Below, piece after piece: positions 1 through 12,233 of a stretch of DNA of 64,000 bases (the first letter of the stretch is position 1; each line of letters opens with the position of its first letter). The stretch spans positions 38,361-102,360 of the forward strand of contig MU271232.1 of the NCBI GenBank assembly GCA_021432655.1. The letters run 5' to 3'. The position numbers were made by a program, and so were the translations under genes. The notes below the pieces were generated by a model. The model did no database searches, was not told the DNA's origin, and saw only the letters and a list, made by a program, of their open reading frames with translations. Source of the stretch: Atractiella rhizophila (taxonomy: Eukaryota).

Positions 1-2624
1 ATCACTAAGCCTCCGCCAAGTGTCGCAAGACCCATCATAAACCATTCTCTTCGTCTTCCCCTTCATCTTTCTATCCTCGAGAACACCGTCAAGACCGTCT
101 CCTTTTGCAGCTTCTTGAATTTCCAGTGCTTCAGTCAGCCGCCGTTCAAACCGAACAACGTCCAGCCAGCTTAGCCCTAGTTTATCAGCCAGCTTCCCCA
201 GTAAGACGCGGGAGCGAGCATCGTAAACTGAATCAGCGATGAGAAGAAGGAACAGGTCACAAAGCACAGTCCACCGAATGTCAAGGGTAACGTCTTTATC
301 AGCCGCCGTGAGAGTGGTAGAGACACCTGGGAGGGTATGGGGAAGGGGAGCAATGAGATTTGTAGGCGAAGGAGGGGGTTTTGAGTCCGGTGGTGCTCCA
401 ATGGGAGTACTGGGAGGAGGCTCTGAAGAGGCAGGAAAGGGAGTTGTAGGCGGCGTCATAAAGGCTGTATTTTGGAGGATCTCCATTGAAACCTTGTACA
501 GAAAGGGTAGGCGTTGAACTAGCGTCGAGATGATTCCGTTTCAACTTCGGTGTAGAAGGAGCAGCTCCAAGATCACCATCTCCAGAGTCCCAATCATCGT
601 CCTCGTCTCGATAAGCAGGCGGTGGATCTTCCTTCTCTTCTTGCTTTTCTTCATATGGGGCGGAGTTGTCCTGCCTTATCTTGAGCTCTGCTTTTCTTCC
701 TCTCTTCTTCCTCTCTTTCCCTCTCCAGCTCCTTTGCGAATTGTGGATCGTACTCAGGATTTGGGACGGTATGCGTTGTCACAAGGGATGGTACAAGATC
801 TTCAGATGTTAGGCCATGCACTGCCAGATTTTCGATCATTCGTTGCTCTGTCACTGACTATGAGTGTCGGCGGCGCGTGGAAGGAGGAAAGATGAACCAT
901 CTGACACGATATCCATATGCTGATATAACCGGCCCATGATTTTGGCGCTCCAGTTATTCAAGCTCTCTTCAGCCAGCGACAATTCCTTCGCCCCGTGTTC
1001 TCGCGCAAGACGGAGAGGAGTGCACATTTCACGAGTTACAAGACGACATAATCCAACGTAGGCTATCCGTTGTGCAGGAGTAAGGAGATTCTTCGTCGCT
1101 CGCAGTTGTGCTAGTGGGGTCATGTTCAATTCCTATCCAGGAGGAGACAAGGTATCAGCCATTCAAGCTTTGAATCAGGTGAGGTGACAAATATATGGAC
1201 CAATATGTCGACATTCTATCAAAAAGACGGTGTTCAAGAACTGTCATCGTTCATCCCGCCACTTAAATCCATCCAAAAGGAAGAATTGTGAAAATCCAAA
1301 AACCTTCTACACATGGACACTAGCGCAAAAAAAGATGGCGCGCGGGAGAATATTTGAAGTCCCTTCATGGAGGCAAGCACAGTTCTCATTCTCTGGCGTC
1401 AATCACGCGGAGGAAACACAGGAAGTCGACTTTCATCACAACATACGAACCGCCTTCCAATCAGTTGCGTGAGGGCAAAACAAAACAAGCCATCGTTAAG
1501 ATAAAGACTGAAATTTCGTTCCTCAGGGTTGGACCAATCTCAGTACACCATCACGTAGCTGTGCATAAGACAAACAGAGCTGGCAATTGCCAATCCACTG
1601 ATGTTTCCTGCTATCGAGTACTGAAGAGTCACTGAGAATAATCTCGAAACAGAGATACATATTAACCTCTAAGGCAAACAGAGAGGAGTGATAAGTTAAA
1701 ATGGACAGGTTGACGGTGTTCTTCCACTTGCTAGAAATATTCAAGGGTTCTTTCATTGCCTAAGCGCACAACAATTGCGCAGTTCTCTTTCAGAAGCATC
1801 CAAGCATCGGCCTTGGACGTGATGCTATGTGTGCTTTTCTTGGGCAGGGTGGCTGCCATTTAGACTATGGTGCTACATCCCTTCCATCATTCGACGCACC
1901 TTGCCTCCACATCCATTTTTTTGGGCTCTGAGTGAAATGCAGAAGTGTAGAACAAGGGAAGAAAGTGCCCCGTTGACAAGCGCTGCAGGCTATCCCGAGC
2001 TTTGATTGGAGAGATGGTAAGTGAGCCGCTTGGACAAGCACACTTGACATGCTTCCCTACTTCTACGCTTCGCACCACATGTCCAACCAAGCAAGTTGAG
2101 AGGAAGAGAAAGAGACGACGCACATCATCAAAAAGATACCCAGTCCTCTCCCACACCTCCTCCGCCTCCTTATCCTCATCCAGCTCCAACCTAGTATAAG
2201 CCGACTCATCCAACTCTCCCTCCCTCTTCTCCCTCCACTCCCACCTTCCTTTCTCCCCCGGCTTCCCCAAACTCCTCCCCTTCGAATCCTCCCACTCCAC
2301 CTCAATCTTGGCTCCAGTCGCATTCGCCGTCGGCGCTGCTGAGGGCGGGAGGTAGGCCGGTTGGGTCTTGAGAGCTGAACTGGCGGATCTCGCCCGGGTG
2401 GATTTGAGGGATTTGCGTTTGGGAGCGGCTTTGGTTTTGGACGTGGAAGCGCGCTCGTCTTCGGAGGAGGATGAGGGGGCATTGTCGCTCCGCCTGTATG
2501 TTACATGGATTGAATGACATCAGCCAATATACCTTAAAATGCTGGAAAGGAAGGAGAGATGGACGAACACTACTGGCATCTCCTGCCATTCTTCGGAATC
2601 GTCCCACAGATCGGCTGGTGCCAT
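1..2624 (-). CDS. DUF726 / TMCO4 (yeast Mil1-like) alpha/beta-hydrolase-fold membrane protein, 5' part; runs off the window start
   Basis: Spliced model reads MAPADLWDDSEEWQEMPV|VRSD...NATGAKIE...TGYLFDD|ELNMTPLAQLRATKNLLTPAQRIAYVGLC...|EQRMIENLAVHGL...WFMMGLATLGGGLV. These motifs are typical of fungal DUF726 proteins. Contains a 991-nt intron at 1133-2123. Confidence 0.8.
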
Positions 2625-2923
2625 CCTTATTCTTATCTCTCTGGTCAGCCGAGTTCGTTAGCTAGTTGGCTCGGTGGTTAATGCTATGAGTGTAGTCTTG
2701 CGGGAAGAGACAGATGTCGTTGGTATGTTGGTGGTGTTTGTGTAAACTCTCGGACTCAGATCAATCGGGTAGCACACGAGCCATTTTCACTATCTTTCCA
2801 ATTCAGCCGATTTGTGGATTACCCAAGGAACATTTAATACGGCACAGCAACGAAAGGGACATTGGGAAAGGTAGGATATGGTTGTAACTTAATGCACATG
2901 CATATGGATCGTGTATCCCATGG

Positions 2924-3655
2924 TCAGTGAGCTGAAGACTTCTTCCCAATCGCCCTCTCTCTGGCTCTAATCAATCTCCTTCGCTTCTCCCTCCCCTTCC
3001 CTCTTCTTGGCCCAATAACCTTTGCCAATCCAGCACCACCTCCCGGACCGGCAGCCTTCTTAGATTTATCCTTCGGCTTTTTCCTGAGCGAGGACATGGA
3101 TGATTTAAGGATAGAAGACAGGGATGAGTGGAAGGTGGTCAGTTCTGTTGGTTGGACCTGTAATAGCGGTACATATTATTGTAGAAGGTAGAGTGGAGCG
3201 AGGACGAACCAGTGTAGAAAACTTGATCTTGTCTCCATCTGCCGCTCTGATGAGCGTCGAATACCGCTTCTCTCCATCCCCATCTCCCTTCTCCATCTCC
3301 ACATCACCCTCCGTGTCTGGCTTTACATATGTATCTGCTCCCCATCCCATCCAACATCAGTCGCCATCCATCCATTCATCGAATCAACCAGTCAAGCAAG
3401 AAATCATCAAGAAATCGAGAATCATCTCCTCAACACATTGCGCTCCCAAATAATGAAAGATGAAGGAGAGAACGCACACCGTTTATATGTCAGAAAGACA
3501 GATCGTCGAGTGCGGGTAGAAGAGAAGAGCTCGCCCAGTCGAGTTAGGAACTATCTATCCCGTCAGCCAGTAATCAGTCTCATCTTTGGCTTGGGTATGG
3601 CGAGACGAATGAAAGGACGGAGGGGAGCAGAGACCTCAGCGTTAGGAAGTGACAT
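2924..3655 (-). CDS. SRP14: Signal recognition particle 14 kDa subunit (copy 1)
   Basis: Spliced: MSLPNAE|FLTRLGELF...SVFLTYKR|YTY...LIRAADGDKIKFSTLV...ILKSSMSSLRKK plus a basic tail, matching the SRP14 pattern. Confidence 0.85.
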
Positions 3656-4018
3656 ATTGCTGCTCTTGACTTCCTCCTGTTGCAGTTGCAGACTTCCTTC
3701 CAGACCCAGATCATAAATCGGTCGGAAAAAGATAACTAGACCTTTCACCATAAATAAAATTGCATTGCATAAGGAGGTTACGGAAGTGAGAGGCACGCCA
3801 ATCGACAAGAGGGAGAGGGTGCGGAGGGGATACAGATCTGATGCACAAGTACGTCCCGCGATCATGTAGCTTTCGGAAAGAAAAGAACGGGAAGCAACAT
3901 GTTCAGCTTCAAGTAATAGTAATACATGCTTATCCGTTGCATGAAGGATTCTTCAGAGGAGAATATTCGAGTTACGTGATCGTAAAGTTTCTCGCCACCT
4001 GGAGACATCCATCGAGAA

Positions 4019-5776
4019 ACTATGAGTGTCGGCGGCGCGTGGAAGGAGGAAAGATGAACCATCTGACACGATATCCATATGCTGATATAACCGGCCCATG
4101 ATTTTGGCGCTCCAGTTATTCAAGCTCTCTTCAGCCAGCGACAATTCCTTCGCTCCGTGTTCTCGTGCAAGACGGAGAGGAGTGCACATTTCACGAGTTA
4201 CAAGACGACACAATCCAACGTAGGCTATCCGTTGTGCAGGGGTAAGGAGATTCTTCGTCGCTCGCAGTTGTGCTAGTGGAGTCATGTTCAATTCCTATCC
4301 AGGAGGAGACAAGGTATCAGCCATTCAAGTTTTCGAAGCAGTTGAGATGACAAAAATATAGACCAATATGTCGATATTCTAACAAAAGACGTTTGTTCAA
4401 AAACTGTCATTGTTCATCCCACATGCTTTCAAAAGGAAGAATTGCGAAAATCCAACCTTCTACACATGGGCATTAGTGCAAAAGAGGAACATCGTGGACT
4501 GTGCATAATACACCGAGAAAGGCTTTGAGATCCCTTCATCTAGGCAAGCACAGTCTGTCATCGACCGCAGAAGTCGACTCTCATTACAACATTCGAACCG
4601 GATTCTAATCAGGTGCGTGAGGGCAAACGAAAACTAGCCATCTTTAAGATAAAGAGTGAATTCGTGCCTCAGGGTTGGACCACTCTCAGTGCACCATCAT
4701 GTAGCAGCGCATAAGACGAACAGAGCTGGGAATTGCCAATCCACTGATGTTTCCGGCTATTGAATACTGAGGAGTCACGGAGAATTTTCTCGAAATAGAG
4801 ATACCATATTAACCTCTAAGGCAAACAGAGAGGAACGATTAGGTTAGAGTGGACATGTTGACAGGATTCTTCCACTTGCTGGAAATGGGCGAGAGCTCTT
4901 TCATTGTCTAAGCACACAAACAATTGCGCAGTTCTCTCTCAGAAGCATCGAACCATACGTCTTGAAGCAATGCTATGTGTCCTTTCCTTGGGCTGGTTGG
5001 CTGCCATTCAGACGACGGCGCCACATCGCTTCCATCCTTCGTCGCGTCTCGCCTCCACGCCATTTTTTGGGTTTTGAGTGAAGTGCAGATGTGTAGAACG
5101 AGGGAAGGGGAGAAAGTGCCAGCTGACACAAGCGCATCAGACTAACCCGAGCTCTGATCGGGGAGATGGTAAGTGGGCCGCTTGGACAAGCACACTTCAC
5201 CTGCTTCCCTCCTTCTACACCTCGCACCACAAGTCCAACCAAGAAAGTTGAGAGAAAGAGAAAAAGACGACGCACATCATCAAAAAGATACCCAGTCCTC
5301 TCCCACACCTCCTCCGCCTCCTTATCCTCATCCAGCTCCAACCTAGTATAAGCCGACTCATCCAACTCTCCCTCCCTCTTCTCCCTCCACTCCCACCTTC
5401 CTTTCTCCCCCGGCTTCCCCAAACTCCTCCCCTTCGAATCCTCCCACTCCACCTCAATCTTGGCTCCAGTCGCATTCGCAGTCGGCGCCGCTGAGGGCGG
5501 GAGGTAGGCCGGTTGGGTCTTGAGAGCTGAACTGGCGGATCTCGCCCCGGTGGATTTGAGGGACTTGCGTTTGGGAGCGGCTTTGGTTTTGGACGTGGAA
5601 GCGCGCTCGTCTTCGGAGGAGGATGAGGGGGCATTGTCGCTCCGCCTGTATGTTACATGGATTGAATGACATCAGCCAATATACCTTAAAATGCTGGAAA
5701 GGAAGGAGAGATGGACGAACACTACTGGCATCTCCTGCCATTCTTCGGAATCGTCCCACAGATCGGCTGGTGCCAT
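4019..5776 (-). pseudogene. 3'-truncated second copy of the DUF726 gene (probably the alternate allele)
   Basis: The first three exons match the copy at 857-2624 and are cut inside an intron at the 4018/4019 junction. Confidence 0.75.
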
Positions 5777-6075
5777 CCTTATTCTTATCTCTCTGGTCAG
5801 CCGAGTTCGTTAGCTAGTTGGCTCGGTGGTTAATGCTATGAGTGTAGTCTTGCGGGAAGAGACAGATGTCGTTGGTATGTTGGTGGTGTTTGTGTAAACT
5901 CTCGGACTCAGATCAATCGGGTAGCACACGAGCCATTTTCACTATCTTTCCAATTCAGCCGATTTGTGGATTACCCAAGGAACATTTAATACGGCACAGC
6001 AACGAAAGGGACATTGGGAAAGGTAGGATATGGTTGTAACTTAATGCACATGCATATGGATCGTGTATCCCATGG

Positions 6076-6807
6076 TCAGTGAGCTGAAGACTTCTTCCCA
6101 ATCGCCCTCTCTCTGGCTCTAATCAATCTCCTTCGCTTCTCCCTCCCCTTCCCCCTTCTCGGACCAACAACCTTCGCCAATCCAGCACCACCTCCCGGAC
6201 CGGCAGCCTTCTTAGATTTATCCTTCGGCTTTTTCCTGAGCGAGGACATGGATGATTTAAGGATAGAAGACAGGGATGAGTGGAAGGTGGTCAGTTCCGT
6301 TGGTTGGACCTGTAATAGCGGTACATATTATTGTAGAAGGTAGAGTGGAGCGAGGACGAACCAGTGTAGAAAACTTGATCTTGTCTCCATCTGCCGCTCT
6401 GATGAGCGTCGAATACCGCTTCTCTCCATCCCCATCTCCCTTCTCCATCTCCACATCACCCTCCGTGTCTGGCTTTACATATGTATCTGCTCCCCATCCC
6501 ATCCAACATCAGTCGCCATCCATCCATTCATCGAATCAACCAGTCAAGCAAGAAATCATCAAGAAATCGAGAATCATCTCCTCAACACATTGCGCTCCCA
6601 AATAATGAAAGATGAAGGAGAGAACGCACACCGTTTATATGTCAGAAAGACAGATCGTCGAGTGCGGGTAGAAGAGAAGAGCTCGCCCAGTCGAGTTAGG
6701 AACTATCTATCCCGTCAGCCAGTAATCAGTCTCATCTTTGGCTTGGGTATGGCGAGACGAATGAAAGGACGGAGGGGAGCAGAGACCTCAGCGTTAGGAA
6801 GTGACAT
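6076..6807 (-). CDS. SRP14: Signal recognition particle 14 kDa subunit (copy 2, in duplicated unit)
   Basis: Near-identical to 2924-3655, with a small SNP cluster around 6150-6180. Confidence 0.8.
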
Positions 6808-7787
6808 ATTGCTGCTCTTGACTTCCTCCTGTTGCAGTTGCAGACTTCCTTCCAGACCCAGATCATAAATCGGTCGGAAAAAGATAACTAGACCTTTCAC
6901 CATAAATAAAATTGCATTGCATAAGGAGGTTACGGAAGTGAGAGGCACGCCAATCGACAAGAGGGAGAGGGTGCGGAGGGGATACAGATCTGATGCACAA
7001 GTACGTCCCGCGATCATGTAGCTTTCGGAAAGAAAAGAACGGGAAGCAACATGTTCAGCTTCAAGTAATAGTAATACATGCTTATCCGTTGCATGAAGGA
7101 TTCTTCAGAGGAGAATATTCGAGTTACGTGATCGTAAAGTTTCTCGCCACCTGGAGACATCCATCGAGAATGAATTTTCATTAGCGTTCCTTGTTCTCGT
7201 TATGATCGCGCATTTTGTGACTACGCCGCCAAGCGGAAACGAAAGGCTGCAGCAGTTAAGAGGCACACCTTTCCGCCAACTCTCCGTGCCGACTCTCATC
7301 CCCTCATCCCCGCTGTCATTTAAAGAGTTTACCAGATATCCTTCCCATATCAAAATTTGTTATTCTTACTACTTCTCGCCCCTCCACTGAGGTGAACTCC
7401 AAAAAGGAAGGGATCTTGGACGTGGTGAATAATGGCTAGACCAGTTGCCCAACTTCAATCTCGTTCTCAGAATCGTGCGAATGTGCAACAGAAGTGCTGA
7501 CAGAAGCATGAAGCAAACTGTCACGCTTTGACTGAACGCAGAAGGTTTGCCTGAAATTAAAAGTTTGACTGAACACTACCAGTGAAAGAGATCTCAGAGC
7601 GAAGACATTACAGATTCCTTCTGATTTGAAAGTTCCCGCCATCAATACTTGAATTCAAGCTTCAATGAGTGGGTTTCCGTACTACGTTGCACGTCGAGGT
7701 CTTCACAACAAAACACATTCATTTAAGGACCATAGAGATCCACTAGACTGCCGCTTGAGAATAATTTGTCCCAGATAAGCAGAACAG

Positions 7788-9359
7788 ATGTCGTCCCCTG
7801 ATCCTTCAGCTGGCCCTCTTACCGTAGAAGAACAACTTGCTCTCGCTCTTCAACGTGCAGCTGTTGAGGGAGTGCTCTCTGCCTCACGGACCTACCTCAC
7901 CGGTTCGCGCTCCCTCATTTCTGCATGTGCACGTCATTTAACTTGAGGACAGCTTGCTTCGCGATCTTTGGCTGGGATTTCGTCCTGACGTTCCCAGATG
8001 AGTACAGGACGATGTGGCGGGCTGATCGCTGGACACCAGTTCGCGTCGCCTTCTTCCTCAACCGGTAAGTCTCCTTGCTTCCACAGACGAGACGCGAAGG
8101 CTAAGTGAGATGCTGAAGTTACGGTGGACTCTTGAACATTGTCTCGTTCATGTGCCTCTTCTGGTTCAAGATCGGGCCAAAGACGTGCGACAAGATTCAC
8201 CTTCTCCAACCCATCCCCAGCAGCATCCTACTCAGTATGTCCAACCTCCTAATTCGACTCTGGGGGAGACTCACTGACGCGAACATATTGCAGCGATCTG
8301 TCACTTCCTGTTAGGCGTAAGGGTGTGCGCATTGTGGAAAAACCAGAGATCTATTCCTTGGTTTCTTGGAATACTTGCAACCTGTGGTGTTGTGGTTCAG
8401 ATCTGGGTGGTGATTCCGAACCGGGCCTTGCCTTTGTTCGTTTTACTTCTGTAATGTTCAGGCAGAGGCGTTGACTTGGGAAATAGACCCCCCGGATTGA
8501 GAGGGTGCTTCTCTGGCAGTGGAGATCGGAAGTGATGAATTCATTTTCAATATTATGTCCACAATGCTGATGTCTCTTCCAGTCATGACTACCTATGGGC
8601 TTATTGGTCTGTGCCCGTATCGAAACTTGATTCGAGTAGGTAATCGGAATGACAGGATCCCACCAGTCGTCTATGACACGATAGCCACCATACTCGTGCT
8701 CGTGTACGTCCATCCGGCTGCAGATTTGACCTGCTGCTGAAAGCATCACAGACCCCTTATAAAGCACTGGCGCAATACGCCTCGCACACGCCTCCTCACC
8801 ATCTTTGCGCGCGATGGGCTCATTTATTTCGTCGTCGTCCTCATCAGCTACCTAGTTAACGCGATTTATTTCAGGTCCGTCCTCCATCTCATCTCTCCAG
8901 CAAATATCCTGACTAATACAAACCACATGGAACAGCATCCCTTCAGTAGTCAACCCAGCTCTGAACGTGCCGCTCCCCCTAGCATTCACGCCGATGATGG
9001 CCTCTCGCATCGTGCTCCATCTTCGAACGACTGGTTCAGACGCAAACTCGCAAGATAGGCGCACTTCAAGCAGCGGCAGTTCTGGGCGACGAAATAATAT
9101 GCTTCCAAAGCCTGGGAGTCATAATCAATCTAGAGAGCGGGAGGTACAACTTCAGAGCTTAGGGAGAAGAATAGAGTCGGGATTGCCGGTTAGTTATGAC
9201 GGCATGGTCCACGTTGAAACAGGGAAGAGTTTGGAAAAGAAGTTTGTTGGTTCCTCATTCTTGAACGAAATCCCTGATGGAAATATAGCCTCGAGCCTTC
9301 ACCACACGTGGGAGGTCCTGATGAGTGCTCTCTGTCAGAGTACAGTATTCAGACTGTAG
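7788..9359 (+). CDS. Multi-pass membrane protein, DUF6533-like (basidiomycete 7TM-like family), paralog 1
   Basis: Many short introns. Motifs ACFAIFGWDFVLTFPDEYRTMWRADRWTPVRVAFFLNR, TRLLTIFARDGLIYF and MMASRIVLHLR. Exact C-terminus uncertain. Confidence 0.7.
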
Positions 9360-10275
9360 TCAAGAACCAATAAATGCCAGTGTCAACACCTTCAAGTTGT
9401 GATTTCAGCCTGCACCTTTCATGATGTTTCTGGCGCATCACATTCGTTCTGTATAACTCTCGCATGCCAGTGGATCTCTGTAGTTATCACACGATAGTAA
9501 ATCTCCAGGTAAATCAAGTCTAGCAAAGAATATCCCAGAAGCAACTGTAACTGCCCTCTGGCTGCCACTTGCCCCTAGCCTTATCGGAAGCCCAAGTACC
9601 CTCCATCTGGCTTAGTCATCGCTCGTCTCATCGTCGCCTTGCAGACTCCAACTTGAACTCCGAGTCGCCTCACCGCTGTTCCGAGACTATGGCATTCTCG
9701 CAGTTTGTGCCAAAGATCGCGGAAGCATACTTTGAAATGAGATGTATTGATTGGTCGTAAATGAGTGAGTTACCGATCTGGCAACTTGAAAGAAAAGAAG
9801 GTCGAAGCGTCGAAGTGACGGCCGTCGCACCGAACACCCACCAATCTTGCTATTCGTGCTTTCTCGCTTCTGAATTCCAGAAAAGGAACACATTGAGAGC
9901 CTGAGCGTTGAAACAACCAACTTCCCCTCAAGTCCTGCGGCGCGGCGGATGTTCGCGTTGAAGAGACTGAGAAACAAGGTGAAGCAACGTGATGGGAGGA
10001 TCGCAGTAGAGAGATCTTGGAGCTAGTTTGGGGAACGTCATTCTTAATACTGAGGCGCGATCAGAGTGTCCCTCAGAAACACCTTCGCTCAATGGGTGAA
10101 TAGGTGGGTCTTTCTTAATCAGTGTATTCGTATTCTCCATGCACCACATCGAACTGCGTGCATTGGTACCTTTCGGAGCAGAGAATGCCAACAGATCAGC
10201 AACTTGTTCTTATCGAGCCATAAAGAGTTCCGTGCCCTATGGTTGTGGGCCGCAACCTCGCGGATAGCAGAGAAC

Positions 10276-11771
10276 ATGTCATCCTCTGATCCTTCTGCAA
10301 GCGGAAATTCTACTTTAGAGGAACAACTCACTCTCGTTCTCCAACGAGCAGCTTTCGAGGAAGTTCTCTCTGCTAGTCGTACCTATCTCACCGGTTCGTA
10401 TTCTTGGTTTCGCATGTGAACTTCGTTGAACCAGAGGGCAGCATGCTTTGCGATCTACGGTTGGGACTTCGTCATTACTTTCCCAGATGAGTATAGGACG
10501 ATGTGGAAGGCAGATCGATGGACTCCAGTTCGAGTCGCGTTCTTCTTCAATCGGTGCGCCTCTCATTTGCTCGCTGTGCTCACGGCTGAGCGAAATGTTA
10601 AGTTATTGGGGGCTTTTGGACCTTACCATGTTTATGTGTCTCCTATGGGTCAAAATCGACCCAAAGACGTGCGACAAGATACACTTTCTCGAGCCTGTCG
10701 CCGCTAGCATTCTCTTTTGTACGGACCCCTTTTACCAATTCATTTCACAAAGAAACTGACTGATGTGACGCCATTGCAGTGAGCTGCGAGTTCCTCCTCG
10801 CGGCGAGGGTATGGGCGATGTGGAACCGCCAGCGATGGATAATTTGGTTCTTTGGAATACTCGCATTATGTGCTCTTGTGGTTGAGATCTGGACCATCAT
10901 CCCGAACAAGGCTTTGCGTTTGTGGGTTGTCGAGATTCCAGAGTGAGAGAGTTATTGACAGGTTGCATAGACCTGAGGGCTTGAGAGGCTGCCTCTCAGT
11001 CAGTGGAGGTCAGAAGTGATTGATTTCTCTTAGAATCCGATGCCAACCAAACTGATGAACTGCTACTTTCCTTGAAGATACCTATGGGTTTATTGGTGTG
11101 TGCTATATCAAAACTTGAAATCAGAATATTGATGGCAAGCACAGGATCCCGCCTCTCCTCTACGATACGACGGCGACGATACTCATGCTCATGTAAGTTA
11201 CATGGACTCTAACTGCAGTTTCGCTGATTTCTGAGAATCATCGTAGACCCCTCGTGCGTCACTGGCGCAAATCACCTCGCACCCGCCTCCTCACCGTCTT
11301 TGCACGTGACGGGATCCTGTATTTTTTTGTGGTATTTATCTGCAACCTAGTCAATGTAGTGTATTTCAGGTTCGTTTGTCTCTACGTTTGTTTCCAACGC
11401 TTGCACTCTGCGCTCCCAACTAATATGAACCTGCGAACAGCATCCCAGGCGTGGTCAACCCAGTTCTCAACTCACCCCTCGCTCTAGCATTCACAACCAT
11501 GATGTCCTCTCGCATCATTCTACACCTTCGAACTGCTTGTCCTGAGGCAAATTCCCTCGACAGACGTACCTCAAGCGGCCCTGATGTTGAGCGACGAAAT
11601 AAAGATTCACATTTTGGCAGGCACAACCAACAGGAACTAAACCTTCAGAACCTAGGGAGAAGACTGGAGGGTGGTTTATCAGGCAATTACGACGGCGTGG
11701 TAGTACACGTCGAAACGGTGACGAACCTGGAAAAGCAGTCCGTCGATTACTCAATTCTTCGAACGAACTGA
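10276..11771 (+). CDS. Multi-pass membrane protein, DUF6533-like, paralog 2
   Basis: Same exon layout as paralog 1, with WDFVITFPDEYRTMWK, FARDGILYF and MMSSRIILHLR. Confidence 0.7.
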
Positions 11772-12233
11772 TGGAAAGATAGGTTTGAAAAGTCGCCGTC
11801 TGAGGAATTTGTGGAAGATCATGACGAGCACTCTTCAATAGACTATGGCATTCAAGGTGCAGCAAAGGGGAAATAAACAAGGTCTGTGGTTGTTGAAGCG
11901 TTCTTTATCCGGCACAATTTGCATTCATGATATTCATCATCTTCGATTTTCGATTTTCAGTCCGTTACAATCGTAAAAGTCTCATAGCATGAAATTAATA
12001 CTATATACATTGGCATGTATGGTTACCGTACTGATAGGATTGCATTAATCTGGTTTGTATTACTGTCTCTGAGCCACTGCACAATTTCTCAGGCACAGGG
12101 ACACGATACGATTGACGACGATTACGAGTGAAGAGTCCTTTCAAATCTAACACAGCATATGTACAACAAAGCTAGCAGGGCGGTTATCTATTATCGCTGG
12201 AATAGCAGATAGACGAGGAATAAGGAGCTTCTC

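Larger units (their letters stand above)
857..7170. repeat. Direct tandem duplication: unit 1 857-4018 (3162 bp), unit 2 4019-7170 (3152 bp)
   Basis: ACTATGAGTGTCGGCGGCG starts at both 857 and 4019, and CCATCGAGAA ends at both 4018 and 7170. The ORF track repeats with a 3152 offset. Confidence 0.97.

Noticed and set aside
1520..1675. Telomerase-RNA template candidates in the 991-nt intron (sense CAACCCTGA; antisense TAACCTCTAA)
   Set aside because: The sense motif mismatches (CCCTAA)n. The other is antisense to the host gene and would need a TTAGAGG telomere, for which there is no evidence here.
3335..3477. Possible C/D snoRNA in the longer SRP14 intron (TGATGA ... CTGA)
   Set aside because: The CTGA is the branch-site motif close to the 3' splice site, and I recognised no rRNA-complementary guide.
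5002..5015. TGGCTGCCATTCAG near 5000, shared between the DUF726 long intron and the NFU1 intron (about 13198-13211)
   Set aside because: A single short match in opposite orientation relative to the transcripts; compatible with chance.
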